From: Lingula anatina
Taxonomy: Eukaryota; Animalia; Brachiopoda
Length of the DNA stretch: 64,000 nt
Direction of reading: 5' to 3'
NCBI GenBank assembly: GCA_051362555.1
Contig: CM120646.1
Location: 21,204,001-21,268,000 of the forward strand
The translations under genes were made by a program, and so were the position numbers. Shown here in pieces: positions 51,001-63,484 of the stretch (the stretch's first letter is position 1; each line of letters opens with the position of its first letter). The notes under the pieces are model-generated. The model had not been told where the DNA came from, did not search any database, and was given only the letters and a program-made list of their open reading frames with translations.

Positions 51001-54000
51001 AACGCAGGTCAAGTTCGAAAATCGGCATGATCGGGCCACTATTTTAGTAGTTATGCTGATTTTTTCATTTTTCAGCATATATGCAGCACTGTAAACACAA
51101 TATAAGAAAAACAGATAGGCCAATTGTCATTAAACTCACAGGAGTGGTCAATCTTACTAAAACGCAGGTTGAGTTCGAAAATCAGCATAATCAGGCCATT
51201 ATTTTAGAAGTTATGCTGTTTTTTCACATTTCCTCAGATTCAGTTCTTAGGCATGTTAATAGCCTTATTATTTAACTAATTAGATACATAAAAGTGTTTG
51301 TTTGACATTTCCTGCATCTTTACAACATTGTTAGTTGATTATGAAAAAAATTATGGTAAACTTGTTATCGTGTTTTGTGTAATAAAGTGTCAAATATGGA
51401 AATAAACTCATATCATTGCAGTTTGTCAGATTCAATCATTCACTATGTTCAGAATCTCAGAATGGAAGAAATTGGACATTAAACACTGTTCTTTTGATAT
51501 TTTTCCCATCTCATCAATTTTCTTAGTTGATCATATAAAAATGGCAGTAAAGTGTTAATTTTGTTTTATGTTAAAAAAATTGTTAAAAATGGAAATAAAC
51601 CCATGTCAGAACAGTGCTGTCTTGTCTACATTTTGGCATTTTCAAGTTGTGACTTTGAAGTTCCATTGGCCTGAAGACCTTTGCTAATCACATTTTCTGA
51701 ATATCCATAATACTAATATTTTATTAATAAAAGTTGATGGTCATTATGCTGTTAAACATTATGTAATATTGCATCAAAATTTGAAAAAACATATTTTGGG
51801 CACTGCTCCCATGATGACCATTTCAGAAAAACCATGTCACTTACTGTTCTCAAACTTACAGGAAAGAAACCTGGGACTAAAATACAGCTTCAGTAGGGAA
51901 TGCAATCTGTTTGGTAATTCTTACTGCCAGTTAAACAGTTTTTTTTTTTGTGAAACTTTAATTTTTCACATATTGGCATTTTCAAGGTGTGACTTTGAAG
52001 TTCCACGGGCTTGAATACCCATGCTAGTCACATTTTCAGAAAATACATGATACGTATATTTTATTATTAAAAATTGACGGTCATTATGCTGTTAACCATT
52101 ATGTAATATTGCTTCAGAATAGAAGAAAAAACAATTTTGGGTGCTGCTGCCATGATGACCATTATGGGAAAACCATGTTACTTATGATTGCCAAACTTTC
52201 AAAAAAGAAATACAGGACTAAAAATGCAGCCTGAGTTGGAAAAACAGTCTAATTGGCTTCTTTTTCTGGATGTTATACATTTTCAAAGTGCGAACTTGAA
52301 CTCCCATGGGCCTGAAGCCTTATGCTTGTTACACATTTTACTTACATTGGTATTACCTATTGAGCATAATTAAAATTTGATGTTGAATTTGTAGTTTAAC
52401 ATAATGTCTTTTGCATCAGAATTGACAGTAGCCTATTTTGTGCATAGTTATTTCCTGCTTTTTGTCTGTACATTTGACAGCTTTGCTGCCTTGTTTATCA
52501 ATTTATTCAAATTTTAACATAGTTTTTACATGGTGTGATGCTTATTCAAATTTAAATCTCAAAAATTTTCTACCAAGTATCCAGCCTTTTACCTCTGAGT
52601 CATTAATTTCAGATAAAGTGATATTATTCCTAACTGATGGTAAAAGAACACAGGGCGGAAATCCTCTGGAGACCATACGGGATCAAAATGCCATCCTTGG
52701 CAACCAAGTCCTCATCTTAACATTTGGTCTCGGCCAGTGTAAGTCTGCATTTTAAATAATATTAATAATAATAATAATTGTGTAATAATTATATCACTCT
52801 GTAAATTATCATCCACAAATACCAGACTGAGTATTACCATCAACTCTATATGGTGAAAGGTTGGGGTTAACCAGGGGACAACAGACACCATTAATTTGCC
52901 TAAATTTATGTTTTTTTGATAAGATGGTGGAGACACTAAGACCCCATTCCCATAGATTTTAGATCGATCTATCCCTGTGGGTAGTCTCACTAGATCACTG
53001 TCAGCTTAGCCGGCTTAACCATCTGTCCCGCCTACTAAAAGCTGTAAGGGGGTAATTAACTATGGTGCGCACTCAGCTGACTGCAATTTAGCGTGAATCC
53101 CCAGGGAGTTAGGTCGATCTAAATCTAAATCTCTGGATCGATCTAAATATCTGGGAATGCACCCTTAGACAAGATCCATTCAGCTGAATTGTTCTATATT
53201 TTATTATATATATTTTTTTAGAAATCCACTACAAAGAAGTGAAAAATATTTTGAAATCGCCTTTTTTTAGTAGATTTGATAAAAGTCAACCATTCGTTAC
53301 CCATGCACTCAAACATTCTATTTCAATTTTAGCCCTGGAGGAAAGTTCTCTCACTGAATTGAGGAACATGGCTGCCCAGACTTTAAGCAGTCAATCTTAT
53401 GGGGAAATTACAGTGAGGCTTTCAAAACTTTCATAATTGCTTTTTTTCATTGATTTAAAATTATGCTACTTTAAAGGAGAGATGATGATTTTCTATTAAT
53501 GCTATAAATGCTAATTGGTTGAATTACTTAAAAATTACTTAAAGTATTTCTTTATATCACTTTTTCTCACGCTTGAAAAAATAATTGTTTTGTATATCAG
53601 GTGTGTGACTTGCATATCTTGATAATTGCTTTTGAGGGGGCTAGAAAAATTATAGAGTTAAACAATAAAAGGGAATGAAATATTTACTTAGAAATTTACC
53701 AGAAATTTTTACAAACTCCTTGCAGGCTGGCACCTTCACTCATGTTACGGACCCAAATCGTCTTCGTTCTGCCATGGCGTCTTACTACGACATCTTCAGC
53801 TCTACTGGCAGTCCCATTATAGACCCCCAGTTCTCTGTACCATATATAGACTTATTTGGGACAGGTAAGGCTGAACTTGATCATACCAACACCCAAGTGA
53901 ATTGCTAAACTAAACTTCTTAATTTCTATGTGTCAGGTGCCATGATTATGAAACTGCACTGATTGACCCTAAAATCAGATCAGCTCAGTTAGAGAAATAT

Positions 54001-57000
54001 GATTCATGCAACCTAAAACTATAATGTGAAGCTTAATGATGTGAGGCATTTGAGCTACAGAACAGAATAAGATATAAATATTTTAAAATGCTAATGGAAC
54101 GTGGAATTACAAAATAATAAATATTTTGAAATGCTAATAGAACTTATAATTACTTAAACATATTTATAAGGTCAGAAGCAGGTAATTTGATGAATATAAT
54201 TTATATATTAATGTTTTTCTATAGATTGCTTCCTATTTAAAATCATTGTTGTATGTGTGTATATATATAGAGTCAGATTGTACGCAGATGCACATATATA
54301 TATATATATTTCAGGTCTCATCACGTCGATCTGCTTGCCTGCATACTACAGTGGCCGACTGATTGGTGTAGCTTGCTCTGATGTTGCCATGAGTGAACTC
54401 CTCTCTGAAGCCACCTATTTTGACAAGGGTGAACTGAGCTATGCCTTTGTTATCAATGGCTATGGCAGGACATATTCCCACCCTCTGCTGCCAAGACCCT
54501 ATGATGTCACAGATGATCCCATCTTTGTGGATATTCATCACTTGGAGAGGGCACCTGCTGCGAAAGCAGTGATTAGCTCCATGATCAGGTTAGATCAGTT
54601 GCTTTTATTTATTAGCTTTATAGACAAATGTAATTTTCTGAGTCAGATCATACCCAGATTTTAGTGCTGTTCTTATAGAAGTATATCTCAAGCTTAAATA
54701 TCCTTAGTTCTAGCATTTTATTATCTTTTTTAAGGAATTAGAGAGATGATATTTGAGATTTTGGGCATCAGATAAATCCAAAGAATCTGCAACTACATTT
54801 TTCTCATGACATACTGCTACTTGAAGATCTGTCTTCCAGCAGTATATGCTGTGTTAATCTCTGCCTACTTCAGGTCATTTTTTTAACTCTCTTCCTGCCA
54901 CAATTAAAACATCTATTTTTTATTTTTCTTCTCAGGGGTGAGGAGGATAACAGCAGCTTTGTTTCCACCAGAACACAGGCCAGAGGAGATGTGTTCAGAG
55001 AAGGTGTCAGCATAACAAATGTCATGTCACATTACTTCTGGGCACCAGTAAGACTTCAGCTTCAAATAAAGACTAATTTCTGATTATAAGTAACTTTAAA
55101 TGACTAGGAAAGATGCATTTGAAAACTTGTGACAGGGAGCTACTAAATTAAAGATTAATTTCAGTTTCAGTTGTGCTTCATTTAATTTTAATTTTTTGGT
55201 TTAAAGAAAAAGTTAAAATGTGCATCTGCGTACAATCTGACTAAATGGTTTACATGATTATGTGCATTTTAGACTGGCCCCATCATTATATCATTCTGTT
55301 ATTTTTTACTTGTTTATTTCTGTCACAATCTCACTCTTGATTACATTAAGTACTGTAACAATGACAATATATCACAACACCGTGGAAATAACTCTTTTAT
55401 CCCAAATAGGTGGCACTACAAGATAGGACCAACTCACGTTTTTTCAGATTCCTGGGAGTAATATCTCGGTATGTCTTGTCATTGGAGAGGGTGACAAAAT
55501 CAGTGTGCCGTCACCTCAGACTGCAACGTTGGCCATGTTTAACTACCACAGGTATGACCTCGAACCTCCATCAAGTCCATGCAAGCACTTTTCTCGATAT
55601 GCATCGAAAGGTTCGTACTCTTTATAGTAACATATGCAAGAGCTTTAACATGTGTGGTATGCTGTGATAAGCCACATGGTTTTTTGAATGAAAATGATTT
55701 AGGAAATTGATATTATAGTCGTAAAAGATCTCTCTTTAATTTTATCAAAATATACCTCAAATAGTATTCTGCAAAATGGTAGTAATAATGATGCAGAGTA
55801 GAAAAAGATGATATTTGTTTGATTTTAAATTATTGTCCATATTACAGACTCTAGTGCAGTGATGCTCACCCCAGGGGCCTTCAGACAGCCATATCACTAT
55901 CTGAACACTGAGGAAACAGCCACCAATGTCACACAATATGAGAGATATCTCACAGGACAGAGCTCACAGAACCCTGGCTTGAAGGTTAGTTGTGTATTCT
56001 ATATAAGGGCTCCTGAGGTAATCTGTGCCTTAAAAATGCAGTATTTGTGACAGATCTAATTGTCAATTCTAATGCAGGACAGGTGTCTGAGGCACAGTGT
56101 GGTGTCTGCAGTTATGTCATAAGCCCTAGGGATCATTCCCAGACCCTGTCATACTACCTGTGGATCCATCTATCTCCAAGGGGATTCTCACTAAATTGCA
56201 ATTATCTTGTGGCTTAGAATTCTGTCACACCTACTGAAGCTGCTTGGGGGTAATTAACTATAATTGTTTAGCAGCTTCTTTGGGCATGCCAGACATCTAT
56301 AAGCCCCTTAAGCTGAAAGCAAATTAGTGAGAACCCCGTGGAGATGGATCGATCCTGTTAGATTGATCTAGGTATGGAAATCCAGTCGTAAATACTCTTC
56401 CCTCCCCCCTCCACACATTTGACTTGTGATAGTTTCATGTAAATCTCTGGTGTGACATGATTCAAAATGTTCAAAGGAACACATCTGTGAGGATGTGTTC
56501 TCCTGAATTGCCTAGTAATTTAGAAACATAGGCAAAGACTAAGTCACCATTGTAAAGTGAAGTTACTTTAAAATAACTTGATATTATTATTATTATAGAT
56601 TATTAAATTCATTAACCCATTAAAATATTTAGACATTTTGGTTGTTTGTCATTTAGTATTTTGCTGTCTGTTTTTCTTCCAGTTACTTAAAAATAATTTG
56701 ATATTATTATTATAGAATACTACTTTACTTAATCCATTAAAATATGGATAGAATTTGATTCTGTTTATCATTTGTAGTATTTTGGTGTCTGTTTCTTTCC
56801 CAGACCTCCATTCTGGACAGTGTAGTGATCACATACAAAGCTGAAGAAATCTGGAAGAGGAAACCAGCAGACTTTGTTGTATATAGATCTATTGGAACAA
56901 TGGACGGATTGATGAGACTTCTCCCAGGGTTGCAGCTGACAAAAAATTACGACCACACCAGGAGAGCTTGGTACCTGTTTATTTTTGTCAGATTATGTTT

Positions 57001-60000
57001 AGTGAATTAACTTTTACCCCGAGTCTGAAGAAAAATCCAGTCTTATTATTGTTAGGCTAAGGCCACATTCAGAACAGTGGACTAACTAGTCTGCAGGTCA
57101 AATATGGCTTCCCTCTAAAAAACATGCCATCTAATCCACTAATAGACACTGAATAGATTCTCCTTGAACTGTTACCTCCATTTTTTAGGTTCAAGAGGAC
57201 CTTAACATACAAGGACACAAATGTGGTTTCGCCGCCATATTTGGATGTTTGGGGTTCTGGCTATGTCATAACACTCAGTCATACTTTATATGAGGGAAAG
57301 TGAGTAATATCTGTAATAATGATAATAATAAAATAGAATAATATCATATTTATTTGGTAGCAATATTCTAATGAAATAAAAGTGCACAATGCCATATTTT
57401 TAAAGGTAAAAAATTTCTTGGTTTTTAAAGACCCATACCATGTTTTACCCTACAGGCACATTCATAGAACATCATTTCACCTCCCAAGCAACAAATTTGA
57501 TAATGTTTAACTTTTTTGGGCCAACTTTACACAAGACAGAAAAGTAACATCAAGATAGAAATATGGACATATTATATTTCACCATTATTTTTTATGTATT
57601 ATTATTATGTCAGAGCTGGAGGAGTGCACACACTTGATGACAAGGTGACGGCAGTTATTTTGACCGACTTCACCATTACTTATTTCTACCAGGTGATTCA
57701 GGACAGATATGCAAACTGTAGGGATGCTGGATACAGGTAACAACCAATTATATGTACATTATAAAAATATTTTAAAGAAATCTTTTACTTTTGAAAAACT
57801 TTGGGAATTTTTGAATTTTAACCTAGTGCTTGATGATAGAAATATTATATTGAGAAAAAGAATATGTTTACATACAATATTCTTTTTTGTTAATTGGTAC
57901 GTATGGATATTTATTATGTTTTAGCTGCTTAGTGATGGATTCCAGTGGTTTCATAGTAATGCATGATGATTTTGTAAAAGCTACAGACACACCTGATATT
58001 GAAAATGTACACATTTTAAAAAAGGTAAGCAATGCATACCTTGAACAGGGCGAATTACTTATTGTAAATTAGAATTCAGAATTGCTTATACAAGTTTTCT
58101 AAGATTGGAAAAATAAGGCAGTGATTGTCTGAATTATTTTTAATAATCAAAAGAATTAATTGCTTTTTAAACATGCAAATTGCAGTATTTAAAACAAAAA
58201 CAAGGCAGCAAAGCTGTCAAATGTACAGACAAAAAACAGGAAAAAAAAGATGCAAAATAGGTCATTTTGTCAATTTTGATGCAATAATTAATAATGCTTA
58301 TAATAGCACAGTCAGTCAACACTGATTTTTTAATCATGTGCAACAGGTAACTTGGTCAATAACAGGAGCAGATCCAGATATATTTTCTGACAATATTCCA
58401 AAGTATCTTTGTTGATCCATCTTCCATTTTGGTGGTCTTCCAACAGAAAAAATAGATACCCATTAATATAAACTTTAAAATCCGACTGTCTTCCAGGAGA
58501 CCCAGAAGATGGTCTCAATCCACCCCTTCAATAAGATTACAGTTTCAGCACCATGAGAGTGAAAATTCACATGATGAAAGTCCCAATATATGAAAAATGA
58601 TGACAGTGCATAAAATAATATTACATAGTGTTTAAAGACATAAATACCAATACAACTGCTTATGTGGAAATAAAGAAAATGTGCAGAGCCTCAGGTGGAT
58701 GGGAGTTAAAAGTCACATCTTAAAAATGCCAGTGTTGGAGAAAAAATTAAAAAGAAAACAACAAAAATATAATTCCAATGAAGCTGCTATTCACTGCTTC
58801 CTTATTATGAACACTATATTAACAAGTGTGCTTTATGAAATCTCATTTAATGGCCACTTAATTAGGCAAATGAGTTTATAGCACTGAATTTAGCCTGAAT
58901 ACCCAAGGGGAATTTACAGACTGACCACACAAAGTTGTCTATCAAAGGTCTTCAGGCCCATAAGTCACACCTTATATTAAGAAAAGCAGAAAAACAATAA
59001 TGCACAAAAACAGGAGACTGCCAATTCTGATGCAATAATATATAATGTTTAACTGCACAGTCAACATCAACTTTTAATTATGCACATCAGGTAACACTGA
59101 TGAAAGTAAAAGCATAAGGCTTCAGGCTCATCAGAGTTCAAGTTTACAATTAGAAAGTGCCAGAATAAGAAAAATGAAAATTTCACAAAAAATGCATAAA
59201 TTTAATAAAAATGATAGTCCAATAAAGCTGGCTTTCTAATATGAGCTGTATGTCAATCCTAAGAATCATTCTTGTATAAGACTAGTTAAAAAAATAGAAA
59301 GTAACACTTCACTTTACATAATATTAATGGTGGCAGAGCACAAAGTAGTTTTTCTATCAATTTTGATGCAACATTACATAATGATTAACTGTATAAATAC
59401 CACCAATTTTAAAATATCTACTATTAAAAACATGGACATTAAGAAAATTTGATTACCACTGGGCTTCATGCCCAAGGAAGCTCTAAGTCCCATATTGAAA
59501 ATTGCAACATGTGAAAGATAAAAATTTTCACAAAACACCTGTATTACTTCCAAATAATTAACTAATGAGACAATTTTTCAACTGAAGCTGTATTTCAATC
59601 CTATGTTTCTTTCCAGTAAGTGTGAGAAGAGCAAGTGACATGTTCTTTCTTTCACTGCCACTACGGAGGCAGTGCCCAGAATAGGGTTTTGTGATGGCTA
59701 TATGTACAGACACATATGTGTCTGTACATGAAAAATGTTTCCCTTTTCATATTGCAAAGGATGGATTTCATTTTCAGGAACCTGTAATAGGTTCAAACCT
59801 GATCACTAGGGGGCTGCTGTCCAAGAGAAGCTGCCTGGATTTTGAGTCAATCAAGGAACAATACTTTTGGCAGGTAAATGGTAGCAGTTTTTATAAATGT
59901 TTGATTAATATTTTATTCATTATGAAGGCATCTAATCTGATAAATTTTTTTGTACTGTCTCTTTTAACTGTTCTCTACAATAAAGTTAGAAACTTTACAT

Positions 60001-63000
60001 ATTTCTTAAGTAAAATTTTGATATATTGTCCTATTAAACCAACTTGTTTGAATCATTTCTCAGGTCAGTTTGCCAAATCCTAATGGACTGGATCTCATGC
60101 AGAGCAGTCCATCATATGAAATACGACCAATTAATAACAGCAACATTTTCCTGATAATCTACAGGAAGAATATGTCAGAAAGTATTTCTTGTTCTTGTGT
60201 AAGTCAATTATATATGACTTTGAATATTATTTTAAATATTAATAATATTGATATAGCAAATAAATTGATTTATCATGTAAAGATTTTTATAAAAATGACA
60301 ATCTTGAAGGCTTACTTTTCAATATTTATTTACAAATTGTTTGATTCTTCATAAATGAATCCCAGTTTTAATTGTTTTGCTCAAGTTGAAAGAAATATTT
60401 TGACCCTGTATCATTTTTTGAATGTTTTTTACTTTCACAGCCTTCTAAGAAGTCATGAATTACGTCGCCTGATTACTTAATTACCCACTCACTTCCACTG
60501 TGGTGGCTTTCTGTAAGGAATGGGTCACCCATTGTTGACAGTTGTTAGCATTATTTTTTGGTCAAAATCAAAACACTGTAACTTAGGCTTACATCTCTGT
60601 AATATAATGGATATAATAGAATACTCAGTATCTGATACTTTAAAGTGATGATTATTTTACAGCCTTTTAGTTGCGTGTCTCCGTCCAAGTTTGAATGTAC
60701 TCCAAGACAAACTTGCGAGTGTCCCTGTCACAGCAAGGCCGACAGCTTTAACTACTGTACAAATTTTTACACCTTATTATAGTAAGTGTCGCTGTCACAG
60801 CAAGGCTAACAGCTTTAACTACTGTACAAATTTTTACACCTTATTATAGTAAGTGTCCCTGCCACAGCAAGGCTTACAGCTTTAACTACTGTACAAATTT
60901 TTACAACTTATTATAGTAAGTGTCCCTGTCACAGCAAGGCTAACAGCTTTAACTACTGTACAAATTTTTACACCTTATTATAGTAAGTGTCCCTGCCACA
61001 GCAAGGCTAACAGCTTTAACTACTGTACAAATTTTTACAACTTATTATAATAAGTGTCCCTGTCACAGCAAGGCTAACAGCTTTAACTACTGTACAAATT
61101 TTTACACCTTATTATAGTAAGTGTCTCTGTCACAGCAAGGCTAACAGCTTTAACTACTGTACAAATTTTTACACCTTATTATAGTTAGTGTCCCTGTCAC
61201 AGCAAGGCTAACAGCTTTAACTACTGTACAAATTTTTACACCTTATTATAGTAAGTGTCCCTGTCACAGCAAGGCTGACAGCTTTAACTAAGGTACAAAT
61301 TTTTACAACTTATTATAGTAAGTGTCCCTGTCACAGCTAGGCTAACAGCTTTAACTACTGTACAAATTTTTATTATAGGAAGTGGTTGTGAAACATGCGG
61401 TTATCTTTATTCTTCTTAAACAAACCTTAAGGCACAACCACAGAATACAATTTTACAATACAATACAATGAATTTTTTTTCATGTCGGGTATAAATTGAA
61501 AGGAAACATTAGCCTTGCTGCTATTCATCTACTTTACTTCTGAGACAGATAGACCAGTTCATACTTCACCATTCTGTTTTTTCACCATTCTGTTTTAGAT
61601 CTTCAATTATGATATTTACATTTATCAATTTCTTGTACTATTGATTCTATTAGACCAAAAATAATGAACCTGTATTTGAAGTAAATGTAGTCAATAGGCG
61701 GTTTCTGTGTAAAAAAAAAAAAAAAAAAAAAGCAGCCCCCTAACTCCCAGTTTCAGGGCCAAAGGGCCCCTTTTCTTCTAATATTTTTCTTAGAAACTTG
61801 TATTCATATCAAATATGAATGTCTTGTTCACTCTAGTGATTCGGCCCAAACCTGTGCCTCCCCAGCGCCTGACCTTACAGATATTGCCAAGGGGGAAGTC
61901 GAGAAGGTGAAAGACCTGGACCTCTGCATCCCTGTGAACTGCTCAGCTAAAAGTTCCCAAGAGTAAGTACAACTTGAGTTCATCCTGAGTTGAGAGGTCA
62001 CTGAAACCTTTTTTTTTTTTCCATCGGTGTGCAATTTGAAATAAGACTTGTGGAAGACTGTTTGCAAAGTGCTCAAAAAAAGCTCCTAGGAGTTAGTAGA
62101 AGACTTAACATATGATAACTGTTGGAGGTATTATGGAATTCGCCTGGGGAATTCTGCAGTCAGGCAACTAGAATTTAAGACAAAGACAAGTGTTTGCTAA
62201 TGAACCACTTGCCCAATGTAAATTGGCTGTTATAAAGCACCCCCCCCCACCCACCCACCCACCCACCCATCCACCACCACCACTATTTGATTTTCTTTTT
62301 TTTTTTTTTTTTTTGCCCCTTACTTCCCCACAACCTCCCAAGTCTTTTAAAAATTGATTTTGGATTGGGGCAAGTAGAAATTTAGACGGCTTGTCAAGCT
62401 CTTAAGTGGATTGCCCTGAGTTCCCAAGTTTACTGAAGACTCCCCTCTGTTGTCAGGGTGCTTCTGTTGTTATAGCTCTCCTGACGGTGGAGGAGAGATT
62501 CCAGTTAACTCTGTACCACAGGGCTAAGCACATGGAAGTAGAAGTTAGAACTATTGGATAAAGTTTTTACTGTAACATATGTGGTTAACTTGATCATAGA
62601 AGATTTTTAATGATTTGAAAATGACTGATTTGAAAATGACTTTCTTGATTATTTCCATTGAATTTTTGTTAAATGTAATTGTTATTATTATTTTGCAAAC
62701 TTCACCATTGTTGCTTGTTCACTAAGTGTTACCAGTTATTAAATTAACATTTTCATTTTATGTAGTGTGCTTGTTCAATCTTTTTCGTGTTTATTAAAAA
62801 TTTTTCAACTTACTAATGTTTTTTAAAAAGCTGTATCTTAATGTATTCCAGCTCCTGTTTCTTAGTGGCGGGGTGCAGTTGGTGCTCTCTGGGCAAAGAA
62901 GGAGAAACTTTAGAGTCCCCTTTCTGTGCTAGCCAGTCTGTATGTTACTTTGGAAAACTGGGTCAGTCCTGTTCTAATGGTATGTATTGCGTACACATGC

Positions 63001-63484
63001 ACAAACTCGCACAAGTGCTTACACTCAAACTCTGATAAAAAAGCAAAAATTCTGGGCATAGCTAGTCGAAATGGTTCACTTCAACTTTAAAATATATTAA
63101 TTTATTATAATTATTGTATTAATTTATGATAATTATAGATTTATTTATACTTACCCCATTACAGATACCTGCTCAGATCCTGAATGTGAAACACAAACAT
63201 CTGATGAAAACAATGCAGGGGCAGTGGCTGGGGGAGTCATAGGGGCAGTTATACTACTTATCTTAATCATCACCATATTCATGTTGTACAAGAAAGGGAA
63301 GATCTGTGCATCTAAGCCCATAACACCACATACTGTGAATAGCCCCAGCTCCAATATCTTGGCTGTCTCTGATACAACCTCCCCCCCTGTGAACCCGTCT
63401 GCTCCACCCTCCTTTGGACACGTTGATGTGGACCCCCCACCAAGTTACACAGAGGTCTATCAGCAAGGGTTCACTTATAAGTAA
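45036..63484 (+). CDS. CACHD1-like: Gene D: tandem copy of the VWA/Cache membrane protein, 23 coding exons, introns 6 and 17 expanded by transposons
   Basis: Exons: 45036-45182, 46169-46231, 46518-46679, 46846-47063, 47629-47788, 48109-48331, 52613-52738, 53333-53412, 53726-53864, 54315-54588, 54936-55047, 55448-55610, 55848-55984, 56804-56970, 57189-57299, 57614-57736, 57925-58024, 59778-59873, 60064-60198, 60663-60781, 61837-61962, 62852-62979, 63165-63484. Reading frame intact; exon 22 is 6 nt shorter than in B/C. Confidence 0.91.
47944..48003. repeat. (TG)n microsatellite in intron 5 of D
   Basis: Direct read, about 29 units. Confidence 0.97.
48501..49650 (-). mobile_element. DIRS/Ngaro-type tyrosine-recombinase retrotransposon fragment (RT C-terminus, RNase H, N-terminal part of the tyrosine recombinase)
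   Basis: ORF 48911-49642 has FTDAS, HINVKEL, YTDS and HIAGTDNYIADSL, the DIRS-type RNase H motifs. ORF 48540-48902 has STKAAYRSHLRAFVKFC..STVRQYL, an integrase SAM-like domain. Absent from B/C intron 6. Confidence 0.88.
49651..49826 (+). mobile_element. 3' end of a second HINE/Helentron-type non-autonomous family
   Basis: CCGATTTTGATGAAATTTTCAGG..TTTTGGTGGTGGTCCGGATC..TTGGCAGAGGTCTGCGCTCTTGGAGTGCTTTTCTAGTT: a short terminal hairpin followed by CTAGTT in a T-run. Confidence 0.55.
49826..50389 (+). mobile_element. Partial HINE (3' part) with a nested CAGGGGCGGAT-type MITE
   Basis: Ends GTCTGTACATTTGACAGCTTTGCTGCCTTGTTT like 52463-52496; reverse-complement homolog of 58197-58770. Confidence 0.75.
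50660..52496 (+). mobile_element. Full-length HINE-like (Helentron-associated) element with internal satellite repeats, intron 6 of D
   Basis: Inserted in a T-run (empty site in B near 13738-13746). 5' palindrome TGTACAGACACAGATGTGTCTGTACA, (GATGCC)n microsatellite, about 160-bp tandem units at 50841, 51000 and 51160, further diverged units near 51630, 51970 and 52275, and a 3' subterminal GTCTGTACA plus short hairpin. Confidence 0.82.
52940..53164. mobile_element. PIF/Harbinger-like MITE in intron 7 of D; truncated remnants in B (14183-14235) and C (31952-32004)
   Basis: taa|GACCCCATTCCCA ... TGGGAATGCACCC|tta with internal inverted AGATCGATCT blocks. Confidence 0.65.
58197..59735 (-). mobile_element. 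HINE-like element in intron 17 of D, antisense to the intron 6 copies
   Basis: Starts AACAAGGCAGCAAAGCTGTCAAATGTACAGAC and ends with palindrome TGTACAGACACATATGTGTCTGTACA. Inserted in an A-run; empty site in B near 19160. Confidence 0.82.
60718..61381 (+). repeat. 67-bp minisatellite x10 derived from the exon 20 3' end plus splice donor in D
   Basis: Units start at 60718, 60785, 60852, 60919, 60986, 61053, 61120, 61187, 61254 and 61321. Confidence 0.95.

Noticed and set aside
60718-61381. CRISPR-like regular array
   Set aside because: Contiguous 67-bp units with no unique spacers and no cas genes, in a eukaryotic intron context; it is a minisatellite.
60718-61381. Dscam-like array of mutually exclusive exons or a coding repeat
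   Set aside because: 67 is not a multiple of 3, the first junction reads as an in-frame stop, and the units lack introns with separate acceptors.
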